Positions 10,882 to 20,680 of a stretch of 64,000 nucleotides of DNA are shown piece by piece. How positions within the stretch are numbered: the first letter of the stretch is position 1; every line of letters begins with the position of its first letter. Origin of the DNA: an uncultured virus (IMG/VR IMGVR_UViG_3300001682_000595) (Duplodnaviria > Heunggongvirae > Uroviricota > Caudoviricetes). The notes beneath the pieces were generated by a model. It did not search any database. It was not told where the DNA came from and saw nothing but the letters and a program-made list of their open reading frames with translations. The stretch is taken from IMG/VR virus record IMGVR_UViG_3300001682_000595; one strand, written 5' to 3'. The position numbers and the translations under genes were made by a program.

Positions 10882-12120
10882 TTGAAAAGGCTGTGTTTTG
10901 GTACATTTGCAACTGTTCTGAAAATATGCATGGCAAAAAGAGTTACGCAGAAGCGGCTATGCGGTACCATACTGCTCTCTATTGCGCCCGATTATGATAT
11001 TCGTAGCGATGATGGTACTGTTTCAGATTTGATACTTGGTAAAAAAAATCTATCGCCCTATGTGACTGATGTTGCTCCGACAGCGGATGCTCGTGCTGCT
11101 TCAAATTACTTTAAGCAAAACATCCTTCCCTTGTTGGATAGCAACAAAAAGAGCCTCATCGTTCTTGCGTTGAAGGACATCATTGCTTCTGATGACACAA
11201 TTGAGCCAGACACAGTTGTTGAAAAAGTGAATGACATGACAAAGAAAAATATCGCAGGACGCGATGCTTTTGTTCTGGAGGATTTTCTCGCCGGAATTTT
11301 TCTATATACAGCAGTCAATGTTGAAAACAGAAATTGTGAAGAAAATGTAAAAAAGATAACTGACGAGTACATACAATCTTTTGAAGCTCAAAAAACGAAT
11401 ATAAGCTTCCTTACGGCATATAGCAGATTCTCTACGGAGACAGCCGATGAAATTGCGATTGACACTCACTCATTAGTGCTTTTAGCAGAAACTGGGGGTA
11501 AGTGTCAAAAATGCGGTAGGTTTTTGGGTATAAAAAAAGAAGGCAACGACGTTAACTACGTTAAGGTCGTCCACCTTTCCGAAATCGATGACGTTGTTCT
11601 ATGCGTTGATTGTGAACGCGAAATGCGGAATGCTTCCAAAGAAGAAAAACTGGCTTTGCTTTCGGACAAGCATAACTTGGAAAATCTTATTGCAGCAAGG
11701 GATGCAACGTCACGATATGTGTTAGAAAAGCAAATTGAATATGTGCTTCGTGAAGTCCAGTTGATGGATGTTACTGACGATACACGACTCAAAATTGAAC
11801 CTATAAAGGTTGAGAGAAAAATCACTGAAAAGCGGTTGAAAGAGCGGGTGCTTTTTGATGTCAGGCAGTTGTACGAAGGCGTCAATAGTGCATTAGATCG
11901 ATTATCCGGGGAAAACAAACTGAATGTAGACAGATTTGCCAGGAGCGTTAAGAGGATGTATGAGGATGCAAGCGAAAAGCTGACATCCCAAAGCGATATT
12001 TACAACCTGCTTGCTGATACATTGTTCGAAAAAACAAGCCGCAAATATAGAGAAGCCTGCAAGATAATAATCTCCTATTTCGTGCAAAGGTGTGAGGTGT
12101 TCGATGAGATTGCCGAATAA
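10882..12120 (+). CDS. lmuA: Lamassu/ABC-three-component effector (unknown N-terminus, HNH-like Zn finger, ABC-3C C-terminal domain)
   Basis: C-terminal IISYFVQRCEVF typical of ABC-3C CTDs; CQKC...CVDC; coupled to a middle component and a DUF2326 ATPase. Confidence 0.75.
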   Translation: MKRLCFGTFATVLKICMAKRVTQKRLCGTILLSIAPDYDIRSDDGTVSDLILGKKNLSPYVTDVAPTADARAASNYFKQNILPLLDSNKKSLIVLALKDIIASDDTIEPDTVVEKVNDMTKKNIAGRDAFVLEDFLAGIFLYTAVNVENRNCEENVKKITDEYIQSFEAQKTNISFLTAYSRFSTETADEIAIDTHSLVLLAETGGKCQKCGRFLGIKKEGNDVNYVKVVHLSEIDDVVLCVDCEREMRNASKEEKLALLSDKHNLENLIAARDATSRYVLEKQIEYVLREVQLMDVTDDTRLKIEPIKVERKITEKRLKERVLFDVRQLYEGVNSALDRLSGENKLNVDRFARSVKRMYEDASEKLTSQSDIYNLLADTLFEKTSRKYREACKIIISYFVQRCEVFDEIAE

Positions 12121-12343
12121 AGTAACATCCTATTCAAACAGCGTCATTGCTCGTTTCCCTGACATCTTAGAGGCATTGACGCAGAGAAATATGTCCCCTA
12201 AAGAGCTGTTTGAGCTTACCACGTCAGGCAAAAAGGATATGGGCGATTTTCTGAGTGCCTTAGACTGCCTGTTTGCTTTGGGAAAAATTGAAATAATCGA
12301 GGAAGGGAGGGTACTACGCTATGTTGACAGAAATTCAAAGTGA
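12104..12343 (+). CDS. lmuC: ABC-3C middle component (LmuC-like)
   Basis: MRLPNKVTSYSNSVI...FLSALDCLFALGKIE; small ORF overlapping both neighbours. Confidence 0.75.
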   Translation: MRLPNKVTSYSNSVIARFPDILEALTQRNMSPKELFELTTSGKKDMGDFLSALDCLFALGKIEIIEEGRVLRYVDRNSK

Positions 12344-13958
12344 TAAGTTTGCGCCGGAGCATCAAACCATCCGCTTTAAACCTGGCCTTAATACGGTTTT
12401 AGGCAGTGCGGGCGGCAGCAATGCCATCGGCAAATCAACATTTCTGTGGATTATTGACTATGCATTCGGTGGCGAAAGCTACTACTCCCTGTCGGATGAT
12501 ATTAAAAAGGAAATAGGCCCCCATACCATCTATTTCACTCACCAATTTGAAGAACAGCCCCATTACTTTTACCGGAGTACCGATAATCCTAAAAATGTTT
12601 ATCGGTGTGATAAGGATCACCATTTCATTGCGAAATTGACGCTGGACGAATTCCGGAGCTTTCTCTTTCAGGAATACAAGGTTGGGCTGCCAGCTCTCAC
12701 ATTTCCGGAAATCGCAGAGCGTTACTTTCGTATTTATGGGCGTGAAAATACACTGGAAAAGTATCCTCTGTTGGTAAAGCCCCGGGAACAGGATGAAAAA
12801 GCCGTTGATTTTCTAATGAAGCTGTTTGGTCACCACAATATTCTAGCTGCCATCAAGAGCATGGAGGAAGAACTTGGTGTTAAATCCTCGCAGCTCAAAT
12901 CGCGCCAGCGTCAGCAGGTGGACATCGAGAAAATCGAAATGAATCGGAAGACTATAGAGTCACTGAAGAAAAGACTTCAAAAGCTGATGAAAAACAGTGA
13001 AGAAGCCCAATTAGCGATGTTCGGTTTTGATACTCAGACATTTGAACGGATAACAGTGGCTCAAAAAGAGTTGAACAGTTTTATCCGCAAGCGTAACCGT
13101 CTGCAGTCGCAGCTTAATGCTATTGAGAGTAATATTGCTGACAGTAATCCCGAAACCGCCAGTGAATTTGATTCCTTGGTGCATTTCTTCCCAAATACTG
13201 ATATAAAAGCGTTCGAGGAGATTGAGCATTTCCATAAGAAAATCAGGGAAATTTTGAGTGAAGAGATGGCTCAAGAAATAGAGCGTTTGCAACCGCTTAT
13301 AGGCCACTGTGATATGGAAATCAAACGCCTACAACAAAAAATCGAGGAGTCCGGTTTGGCAAAGGAGATGTCGGAACGAGTGCTCTCTCAATGTGTCAAC
13401 GTGTCAAAAAGCATTGACAGGCTTGAAGAAGAAACTGCTGAGCTGATTCGCCAGAAAGAATTGCAGGAAGCTCGCGCCGAAGCAGAGCACAGGCTGGCAG
13501 AACTGTTACAACAGCAAACCGAAAAGCTGGAAGAGATACAAGACGATATCAATATGCGAATGGAATTAATAAACGGTGTCGTGACCGAGCAACAGGAAAC
13601 AGCGCCTCTTTTGCAAATCACACCGCAAAAGGAAATCTTTTTTGGAACACCCGGTAATACCAGTGAAGGTACTGCGTTCAAGAGCCTTGTGATATATGAT
13701 TTGAGTGTACTTGAATTACGTCCGATTCCAGCACTCATTCATGATTCCAACATTCTCAAGCGTATTGAGGATATACATCTGCAACACATACTGGAACGTT
13801 ATATGGACAGTGGACGACAGATTTTCATTGCATTTGATAAGGCTGATTCTACGACCGCAAAGGCACATGAGATTTTAGAAACTACGGCAGTTTTGCGATT
13901 GTCGGACGGAAATGAGCTTTTCGGCCGTTCGTGGAGCAAGTATGAATCGAATGATTAA
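12321..13958 (+). CDS. lmuB: DUF2326 SMC-like ABC ATPase (LmuB-like)
   Basis: Walker A SNAIGKST, long coiled coil, GTAFKSLV signature region, LIHDS Walker B. Confidence 0.85.
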   Translation: MLTEIQSDKFAPEHQTIRFKPGLNTVLGSAGGSNAIGKSTFLWIIDYAFGGESYYSLSDDIKKEIGPHTIYFTHQFEEQPHYFYRSTDNPKNVYRCDKDHHFIAKLTLDEFRSFLFQEYKVGLPALTFPEIAERYFRIYGRENTLEKYPLLVKPREQDEKAVDFLMKLFGHHNILAAIKSMEEELGVKSSQLKSRQRQQVDIEKIEMNRKTIESLKKRLQKLMKNSEEAQLAMFGFDTQTFERITVAQKELNSFIRKRNRLQSQLNAIESNIADSNPETASEFDSLVHFFPNTDIKAFEEIEHFHKKIREILSEEMAQEIERLQPLIGHCDMEIKRLQQKIEESGLAKEMSERVLSQCVNVSKSIDRLEEETAELIRQKELQEARAEAEHRLAELLQQQTEKLEEIQDDINMRMELINGVVTEQQETAPLLQITPQKEIFFGTPGNTSEGTAFKSLVIYDLSVLELRPIPALIHDSNILKRIEDIHLQHILERYMDSGRQIFIAFDKADSTTAKAHEILETTAVLRLSDGNELFGRSWSKYESND

Positions 13959-13977
13959 GCATAGGAGGATCTAAAGT

Positions 13978-16287
13978 ATGGCTGCAATCAATGATTTACT
14001 GCGGCAAATCCCTGACGCATCTTTACGTAGCCGATTGGAACAGGAATTTGCCCGCCTATCTAAAAATAAAAAATTCGGACTTGTATTCGAGGAGCATATC
14101 CCTGAATGTACGCCGCTTTACGATGTTGCTGTTAAACGTGGTTCAACCGTTGCACGAAAAACTGGCCATATCAATGATATTTATACAGTGGTGAAACTGA
14201 ATGGTGATACCGCCCTTTGCCGTAACAAGGCAACAGGCGATACAATGACCATCCCGCTTACGGAGCTTGTTTCGGTTGCTCAGTTCGGCGAACCGATATT
14301 TCCCATGCTCCAGCCGATTGCTTCTGTAGAGAAGGCCCCTGATAGTAGCTTATGGCATACTCTCATTGAAGCAGACAACTACCATGCTCTTCAGTTGCTG
14401 GAATACCTATACCCAAAGCAGGTAGATTGCATTTATATCGATCCACCATATAATACCGGTGCGCGGGATTGGAAATACAACAACGACTATGTGGATTCCT
14501 CTGATAGCTGGCGCCATAGCAAGTGGCTGTCCATGATGCAAAAACGGCTGAGGATTGCAAAGAGAATTCTTGCCGATGATGGTGTTTTGATTACAACAAT
14601 TGATGATAACGAATATGCACATTTATGGGTTCTTCTCCATGATATCTTCCCCAATCTAACTCATACTTGCGTAACTATTCAGCATAATCCCGGTGGAACA
14701 CAGGGTAAGAAATTCTCTGTCACACACGAATATGCAATCTTTTCATACTCGGCTGACAGTATAATTTATCGCAAACAACATACCGGAGGCGATGTGTATA
14801 ACCTTAGACGTTGGGGAAGCACATCAGGGCGTTATGAAGGTGCGACGTGCTTTTACCCAGTAATATTGGATTCAAACTATAATATTATCGGTTTTGGTAA
14901 TTTGCTTGATAAAGAATTACATCCAACAGCACAAGTGGAACATAATGAGGACGGGACAATCTCTGTTTGGCCTATTGATAAAAACGGCATTGAGAAGAAG
15001 TGGCGATACGGACGTGACACCGTAGAATCCGTAAAAGAGCGGATGTTCATTGAAAAACGAGGAAATCGCATAGAAGTGATTCTTCGTAGAGAAAGCGAGC
15101 CGCCAAAAACTGTTTGGACGGATGCGTTGTGTAATGCTGAAGCACATGGTACAGATATGATTAAATCCATACTTGGCGGTGGGTTCTCATATCCTAAATC
15201 ACTCTATGCAGTTCATGAAGCATTGACATTTGCTGTATCTGGCAAAAAAAACGCCCTCATCGTTGACTTTTTCGCCGGTAGTGGCACTACGCTCCATGCT
15301 GTAAACCTGCTGAATGCTGAAGACAATGGCAACCGTCGTTGTATTTTAGTAACGAATAATGAGGTATCGGATGCTGAATCAAAAGCCTTACAGAAAAATG
15401 GTTATCAACCCGGTGACCCCGAATGGGAAAAGCACGGTATTTGCCGTGCGGTAACTTGGCCGAGGACAAAGTATAGCATCCTTGGCAAGCGTGATGACGG
15501 TACAGTCTTGACAGGCGATTACTTCACAACCCTGACTGAGACAAAAGAAATTGAACGCTCATTCTATCAGCTTGGTTTTGTGGAGAACCCCGCAGAACTA
15601 ACAACCAGTGCTAAAAAGCAGCTTGTTTCTTTGCTTCGCGGTAAGGATGGAAAGGCAGAGCTGCCACAAACATTGGTAAAAGCAGATAGTAAATTCATTG
15701 TTTCGGATAAACATTCAACGTCGATTTTATTTGATGTAAATGCGGTTGACGAGTGGTTGGATGCGCTGGAGAATCAAGATCACATCACAGAGTTTTACAT
15801 AGTGGTAAAAGAAGCGGCGGTATTTAAAGAAATCAAAGCGAGGGTTTCCGATTTGCTTGGCCCTATCAATGTAACATCGCAAGTTAAGCGTCCTATGAGC
15901 GAAGGCTTTTCTGCCAACGTCGAATATTTCAAGCTGGGTTTCTTGGATAAAAACAGCGTGTCGTTGGGCAGACAGTTCCGCGAAATATTGCCGCTGCTTT
16001 GGCTAAAGTCGGGTGCAATCGGCAGGAGGCCGGAAATAAGCAGCGATGAGGAACCGGAGATGTTAATTCTCCCCCAGAACGGCTTTGCGGTTTTAGTTGA
16101 TGAAACAAAATATGCGGAGTTTGCCGAAAAGCTTTCGGAAGAGGATAATATCAGAGTGGTCTATTTTGTGACTAACTCCGAGGAGGCCTTTCGCGAAATG
16201 ACTGCTGGGATAAAAGCAAATAACACATACCAACTATACCGCGATTACATTGATAACTTTGTATTGGGAAGCAGGAGGGATTCATAA
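13978..16287 (+). CDS. mod: type III-like N6-adenine DNA methyltransferase (Mod)
   Basis: IYIDPPYNTG (motif IV) precedes DFFAGSGTT (motif I), the beta-class order; adjacent to Res. Confidence 0.9.
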   Translation: MAAINDLLRQIPDASLRSRLEQEFARLSKNKKFGLVFEEHIPECTPLYDVAVKRGSTVARKTGHINDIYTVVKLNGDTALCRNKATGDTMTIPLTELVSVAQFGEPIFPMLQPIASVEKAPDSSLWHTLIEADNYHALQLLEYLYPKQVDCIYIDPPYNTGARDWKYNNDYVDSSDSWRHSKWLSMMQKRLRIAKRILADDGVLITTIDDNEYAHLWVLLHDIFPNLTHTCVTIQHNPGGTQGKKFSVTHEYAIFSYSADSIIYRKQHTGGDVYNLRRWGSTSGRYEGATCFYPVILDSNYNIIGFGNLLDKELHPTAQVEHNEDGTISVWPIDKNGIEKKWRYGRDTVESVKERMFIEKRGNRIEVILRRESEPPKTVWTDALCNAEAHGTDMIKSILGGGFSYPKSLYAVHEALTFAVSGKKNALIVDFFAGSGTTLHAVNLLNAEDNGNRRCILVTNNEVSDAESKALQKNGYQPGDPEWEKHGICRAVTWPRTKYSILGKRDDGTVLTGDYFTTLTETKEIERSFYQLGFVENPAELTTSAKKQLVSLLRGKDGKAELPQTLVKADSKFIVSDKHSTSILFDVNAVDEWLDALENQDHITEFYIVVKEAAVFKEIKARVSDLLGPINVTSQVKRPMSEGFSANVEYFKLGFLDKNSVSLGRQFREILPLLWLKSGAIGRRPEISSDEEPEMLILPQNGFAVLVDETKYAEFAEKLSEEDNIRVVYFVTNSEEAFREMTAGIKANNTYQLYRDYIDNFVLGSRRDS

Positions 16288-18795
16288 ATGAGAGATACAC
16301 TATTTCCATTTCAGGAAACGGCTCTTTCCGAATTGCACGAAAAAATTAATAAGGCGCACTTGATGTGGAGCGAACGTGACCCGCAAGTGATTTCATTTTC
16401 CGCGCCTACCGGTTCAGGCAAAACCATGATCATGACCACACTTTTTGAAGAAATTCTGTATGGAAGTGCAGATAAAATCGGTGAGCCGGATTCGGTGTTC
16501 ATTTGGCTTTCTGATTCACCTGAACTCAATGAACAAACACGGCTGAAAATTGAAAGCAAGTCTGATAAAATCCGTGTGCGGGATTTAGTGACTATCGATT
16601 CAACCTTTAGCGCCGAGTATTTTGAGGGCGGCCGCATTTATTTTCTGAACACACAAAAACTCGGTTCTGACAAGCTGTTGACAGGAACATCTGATACACG
16701 GCAGTATTCCATCTGGGAAACACTCACTAACACTGCCAGACGTAACCCAAAGCAGTTTTATGTGGTGATTGATGAGGCGCATAGAGGCACATTCACATCC
16801 GTTCAAGCGGAGAACAAGGCACAGTCCATCATGCAGAAATTCATTAAAGGCAGCAAGGACGACGGGCTCTGCATTATGCCTCTTGTTATCGGTGTGACAG
16901 CAACACCCCAGAGATTTGATAACTTAATCGCCGGAACGACATCGACAGTACAAAAAGTCATCGTTCCGCCTGAGCAGGTTCGTGAGTCCGGGCTTTTAAA
17001 GGACAGAATCATTATTCACTACCCAGATATTCAACTGAGCGCCGATATGACCATGTTTAAAGGAGCAGTGGATAATTGGCTCAAAAAATGTGCTCACTGG
17101 AAATCCTACTGTGAACACGAAAACGAAAAAATGGTAAATCCCATTCTTGTTGTTCAAGTCGAGGACGGAAACGAACGCGAAGCAACACATACTGATTTAG
17201 GGGCTTGCATTGATTTGCTTGAGGAAGCTCTGGGACGCAAATTACTGCCCGGGGAAGCGGTACATACATTTAATGACCGCGGCACTCTTAAAGTGCGTGA
17301 CGTTGAGATTCAGCAAATTGAAGCCTCCCGAATTGAGGAAGAGGAAAATGTGAAGGTCGTGTTCTTCAAAATGAACCTTTCCACAGGTTGGGACTGCCCG
17401 CGCGCTGAAACGATGATGTCCTTCCGCAGTGCGCAGGACTATACTTATATTGCGCAGCTTTTGGGACGCATGATTCGTACTCCCTTGGCAAGAAGAATTT
17501 CCTCCGATGCTGAGCTTAATAGTGTAAGTCTGTTTCTTCCGTACTTTGATGAAGATACAGTGAAAAATGTGGTCAATGCTCTACGCGACAGCGAAGCAAT
17601 TATTCCTACAGAAACAGGTACTAATAAAGAGCTTGTTACACTTGGTCGCAATCTTGCCTATGCTGATGTGTTTGATGCAATGGATAAACTTATCACATAT
17701 CGGGTGGATTCGTCCCGCAAGCAGGCGCCGCTCAAATTGTTAATACAGCTTTCCCGCGCGCTGACAATGGACGGTATTGACTTGGGGGCACAGAAAGCTG
17801 TAAAAAATGCGGTTTTATCAAAAATGGATGAGGAAATCGCACGAATAAAAGAAAGCGGAGACTTTGACGGTCGAGCGGCTGCAATCACCGGATTTCCTCT
17901 TGGGACGCTGATATTTGAATATGGAGACAATGCCATTTCCTTCGATGAGACGACACAGACTATGACGGTATCCGAATTTGATATTTCCCGGCATTTTGAA
18001 CAGGCCGGAAAGCTCTTGGGAGAGGGCTTGCATAAGGAGTATTGGATTCGGCACAGTACCCGCGACCATATCGATATAAAAAAAGAAATTATTGTTCTCA
18101 CAAGTGATACGGACGCTATGGAGCGGATAGATGCCTATGCGGAGAAAGAATTTATTAATCTTTATGAAAACAACAAGCGCGCCATCGCAAAGCTGAACGA
18201 AGCACGAAAGATTGTCTATGAAAGATTAATCAATGCTTCAGCCCAACCGATAGCTGTACCGTGGGTATTGCCGGATTCAATCGATTTCTCTGTATCGGAT
18301 GATAGCATTAAGCTTGAACAGCACCTCTTTTGCTCTGAGGACGGGATATTCCAAGCAACGCTGAATCCCTGGGAAAGCGGAGTTGTTGCAGAAGAGCTGA
18401 ACAATGGTGCTGTTTGCTGGCTGCGCAATCTCGACCGTAAAAAATGGTCACTTGAAATCCCGTATGAAGTCGGCGGTATAACCACTTCCATGTTCCCGGA
18501 TTTAGTGATTGTCCGTGCCGACGCACAAGGGTACATTTTTGATATATTGGAACCGCATGACCCAAGCCGCAAGGATAATTACCCCAAGGCAGTGGGCTTA
18601 GCGAAGTTTTCAGAGAAGCATTGGGATGTTTTTGGACGGATTCAGTTGATTCGACAAAAACGAGGAGTAGATGGCCGCGACCATTTTTATCGCCTCGATA
18701 TGTCGAAAACGCCTGTTAGAAATAGAGTGCGCGGCATTACTTCAAATGAAGAACTTGATAGAATTTTTGATGAAAATGCTGAGCGAGAGGATTAG
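16288..18795 (+). CDS. res: type III-like restriction helicase/endonuclease (Res)
   Basis: APTGSGKT, IDEAH, TATP, GWDCPRA, QLLGR; C-terminal FPD...ILEPH nuclease. Confidence 0.88.
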   Translation: MRDTLFPFQETALSELHEKINKAHLMWSERDPQVISFSAPTGSGKTMIMTTLFEEILYGSADKIGEPDSVFIWLSDSPELNEQTRLKIESKSDKIRVRDLVTIDSTFSAEYFEGGRIYFLNTQKLGSDKLLTGTSDTRQYSIWETLTNTARRNPKQFYVVIDEAHRGTFTSVQAENKAQSIMQKFIKGSKDDGLCIMPLVIGVTATPQRFDNLIAGTTSTVQKVIVPPEQVRESGLLKDRIIIHYPDIQLSADMTMFKGAVDNWLKKCAHWKSYCEHENEKMVNPILVVQVEDGNEREATHTDLGACIDLLEEALGRKLLPGEAVHTFNDRGTLKVRDVEIQQIEASRIEEEENVKVVFFKMNLSTGWDCPRAETMMSFRSAQDYTYIAQLLGRMIRTPLARRISSDAELNSVSLFLPYFDEDTVKNVVNALRDSEAIIPTETGTNKELVTLGRNLAYADVFDAMDKLITYRVDSSRKQAPLKLLIQLSRALTMDGIDLGAQKAVKNAVLSKMDEEIARIKESGDFDGRAAAITGFPLGTLIFEYGDNAISFDETTQTMTVSEFDISRHFEQAGKLLGEGLHKEYWIRHSTRDHIDIKKEIIVLTSDTDAMERIDAYAEKEFINLYENNKRAIAKLNEARKIVYERLINASAQPIAVPWVLPDSIDFSVSDDSIKLEQHLFCSEDGIFQATLNPWESGVVAEELNNGAVCWLRNLDRKKWSLEIPYEVGGITTSMFPDLVIVRADAQGYIFDILEPHDPSRKDNYPKAVGLAKFSEKHWDVFGRIQLIRQKRGVDGRDHFYRLDMSKTPVRNRVRGITSNEELDRIFDENAERED

Positions 18796-18853
18796 CTTCT
18801 GATGGGGACAGCCTTTCTGCAGTAAATAATAATTGATAATGGAGGATTTCGTT

Positions 18854-20596
18854 ATGTCGTTTCAAACGCCGCTAACTATCTATGAGGTTATAACAGATAT
18901 TCATACGAAAAAGTATCTATTGCCGTCCATACAAAGGGAATTTGTATGGAGTCAAGAGCAAATCAAAAAGTTGTTTGACAGCCTTATGCGTGATTATCCT
19001 ATCAACGCATTTTTATTTTGGAAGGTTCCGAAAGAGAAGGCGTCTGACTTCAAATTCTATGAATTTTTGCGAGATTATCACAAAAAGGACAATCGTCACA
19101 ACCCAAAAGCAAATATTAGCGGCAGCGACGATGTTATGGCAGTGCTGGATGGTCAACAACGGCTGACATCACTTTATATCTCCTTGAAAGGTACATATGC
19201 TGATAAGCTGCCCTATAAACGCTGGGACAATCCCCAGGCATACCCAAAGAAAAAATTATATTTGAATCTGCTTTCAAGGCCGGAAGATGAGGACTTTGAA
19301 TATGATTTTGAGTTTCTAACCGATACGGAAGCGAAAGCGAATGATGATAACCATCACTGGTTTCCTGTCGGCAAAATACTGGATTTAAAAGAACAGGACG
19401 AGGTGAATGATTACCTGCTTGAGTCGGGCTTATTATCAACTCCCGATAAAGAAAAAGGGAAATTTGCGAATCGAGCCTTATTCAAGCTACATAAGGTAAT
19501 CCATGTAAATCCTATAATCAGTTACTACTTGGAGCAAAGTGCGGAACTCGACAAGGTGCTGAATATTTTTATTCGCGTAAACAGCGGAGGAACTACTCTC
19601 AGTTATTCCGACCTCTTGCTATCTTTTGCAACGGCACAGTGGGAGAATCGGGATGCCCGTGAGGAAATAAATGATTTTGTCGATGAGATAAACGAAATCG
19701 GGCATGGCTTTAACATTAACAAGGATGCTGTCCTGAAAGCATGTCTCGTTTTGTGTGACATGGAGGATATCACATTTAAGGTGGATAATTTCAACCGCAC
19801 CAATATGCTTAAAATAGAAAGCGAATGGGATAACATTACAAAGGCAATCCGTGATGCACTGACTCTGATTAGCAGCTTTGGATTCAGTCGGGAGAACATC
19901 ACATCAAATAACCTGATAATCCCGGTTGCCTATTACTTGAAAACTATTGGCTTACCAAACAACTTTGAAATATCCACTTCAAGGATTGAGGATAGGCGCA
20001 ATATTAAACAGTGGTTTGTATCTTCACTGCTTAAACGAGTATTCAGTTTTTCACCCGACGGTGTATTAAAGCCGGTTCGAGATATAATCAAACAATACGG
20101 ATCAAACGGATTCCCATTGGAAAAAATCATTGAACGCTTCAAAGGCACAAACAGAACTCTGCAATTTACCGAGGACGATATAAACAATCTGCTGTATTCG
20201 AAGTACGGGCAGGGTGATACTTTGGTAATTCTTTCAATATTATACCCCTGGGCTGATTTGCGGCACAATTTTCATGTCGACCATATATTCCCCAAAAGTG
20301 AATTTACTCCCAAGCGGCTGGCTGCCAAAGGCGTCCGCCAAAGCAAAATAAACGATTTTATCGAAAGCTGCAACTATATTGGCAATCTGCAGTTATTGGA
20401 GAATATCCCCAATATTGAAAAGAAGGCTATGGATTTTGATAAATGGCTTAGCAAAAAGGTTCCTGCTGGTGAACTTGCAGATTATAAAAAGAAACACTAT
20501 ATACCGGATGTTGATTTGTCATTTGGTAATTTCGATGTCTTTCTTGAGGAAAGAGAAAAACTGTTACTTGAAAAACTTAAAAAGGAGTTACAGTAA
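18854..20596 (+). CDS. GmrSD-like restriction protein (DUF262 + DUF1524/HNH)
   Basis: LPSIQREFVW, LDGQQRLT, F.RVNSGG, HVDHIFP, IGNLQLL. Confidence 0.88.
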   Translation: MSFQTPLTIYEVITDIHTKKYLLPSIQREFVWSQEQIKKLFDSLMRDYPINAFLFWKVPKEKASDFKFYEFLRDYHKKDNRHNPKANISGSDDVMAVLDGQQRLTSLYISLKGTYADKLPYKRWDNPQAYPKKKLYLNLLSRPEDEDFEYDFEFLTDTEAKANDDNHHWFPVGKILDLKEQDEVNDYLLESGLLSTPDKEKGKFANRALFKLHKVIHVNPIISYYLEQSAELDKVLNIFIRVNSGGTTLSYSDLLLSFATAQWENRDAREEINDFVDEINEIGHGFNINKDAVLKACLVLCDMEDITFKVDNFNRTNMLKIESEWDNITKAIRDALTLISSFGFSRENITSNNLIIPVAYYLKTIGLPNNFEISTSRIEDRRNIKQWFVSSLLKRVFSFSPDGVLKPVRDIIKQYGSNGFPLEKIIERFKGTNRTLQFTEDDINNLLYSKYGQGDTLVILSILYPWADLRHNFHVDHIFPKSEFTPKRLAAKGVRQSKINDFIESCNYIGNLQLLENIPNIEKKAMDFDKWLSKKVPAGELADYKKKHYIPDVDLSFGNFDVFLEEREKLLLEKLKKELQ

Positions 20597-20680
20597 ATTA
20601 GAAACAGAGTATGAATGGCTGGCGTATATGGAGCGAATCGCAGATAAATATGCAAACTATTGAAGAGTGGGGTGAAAACT

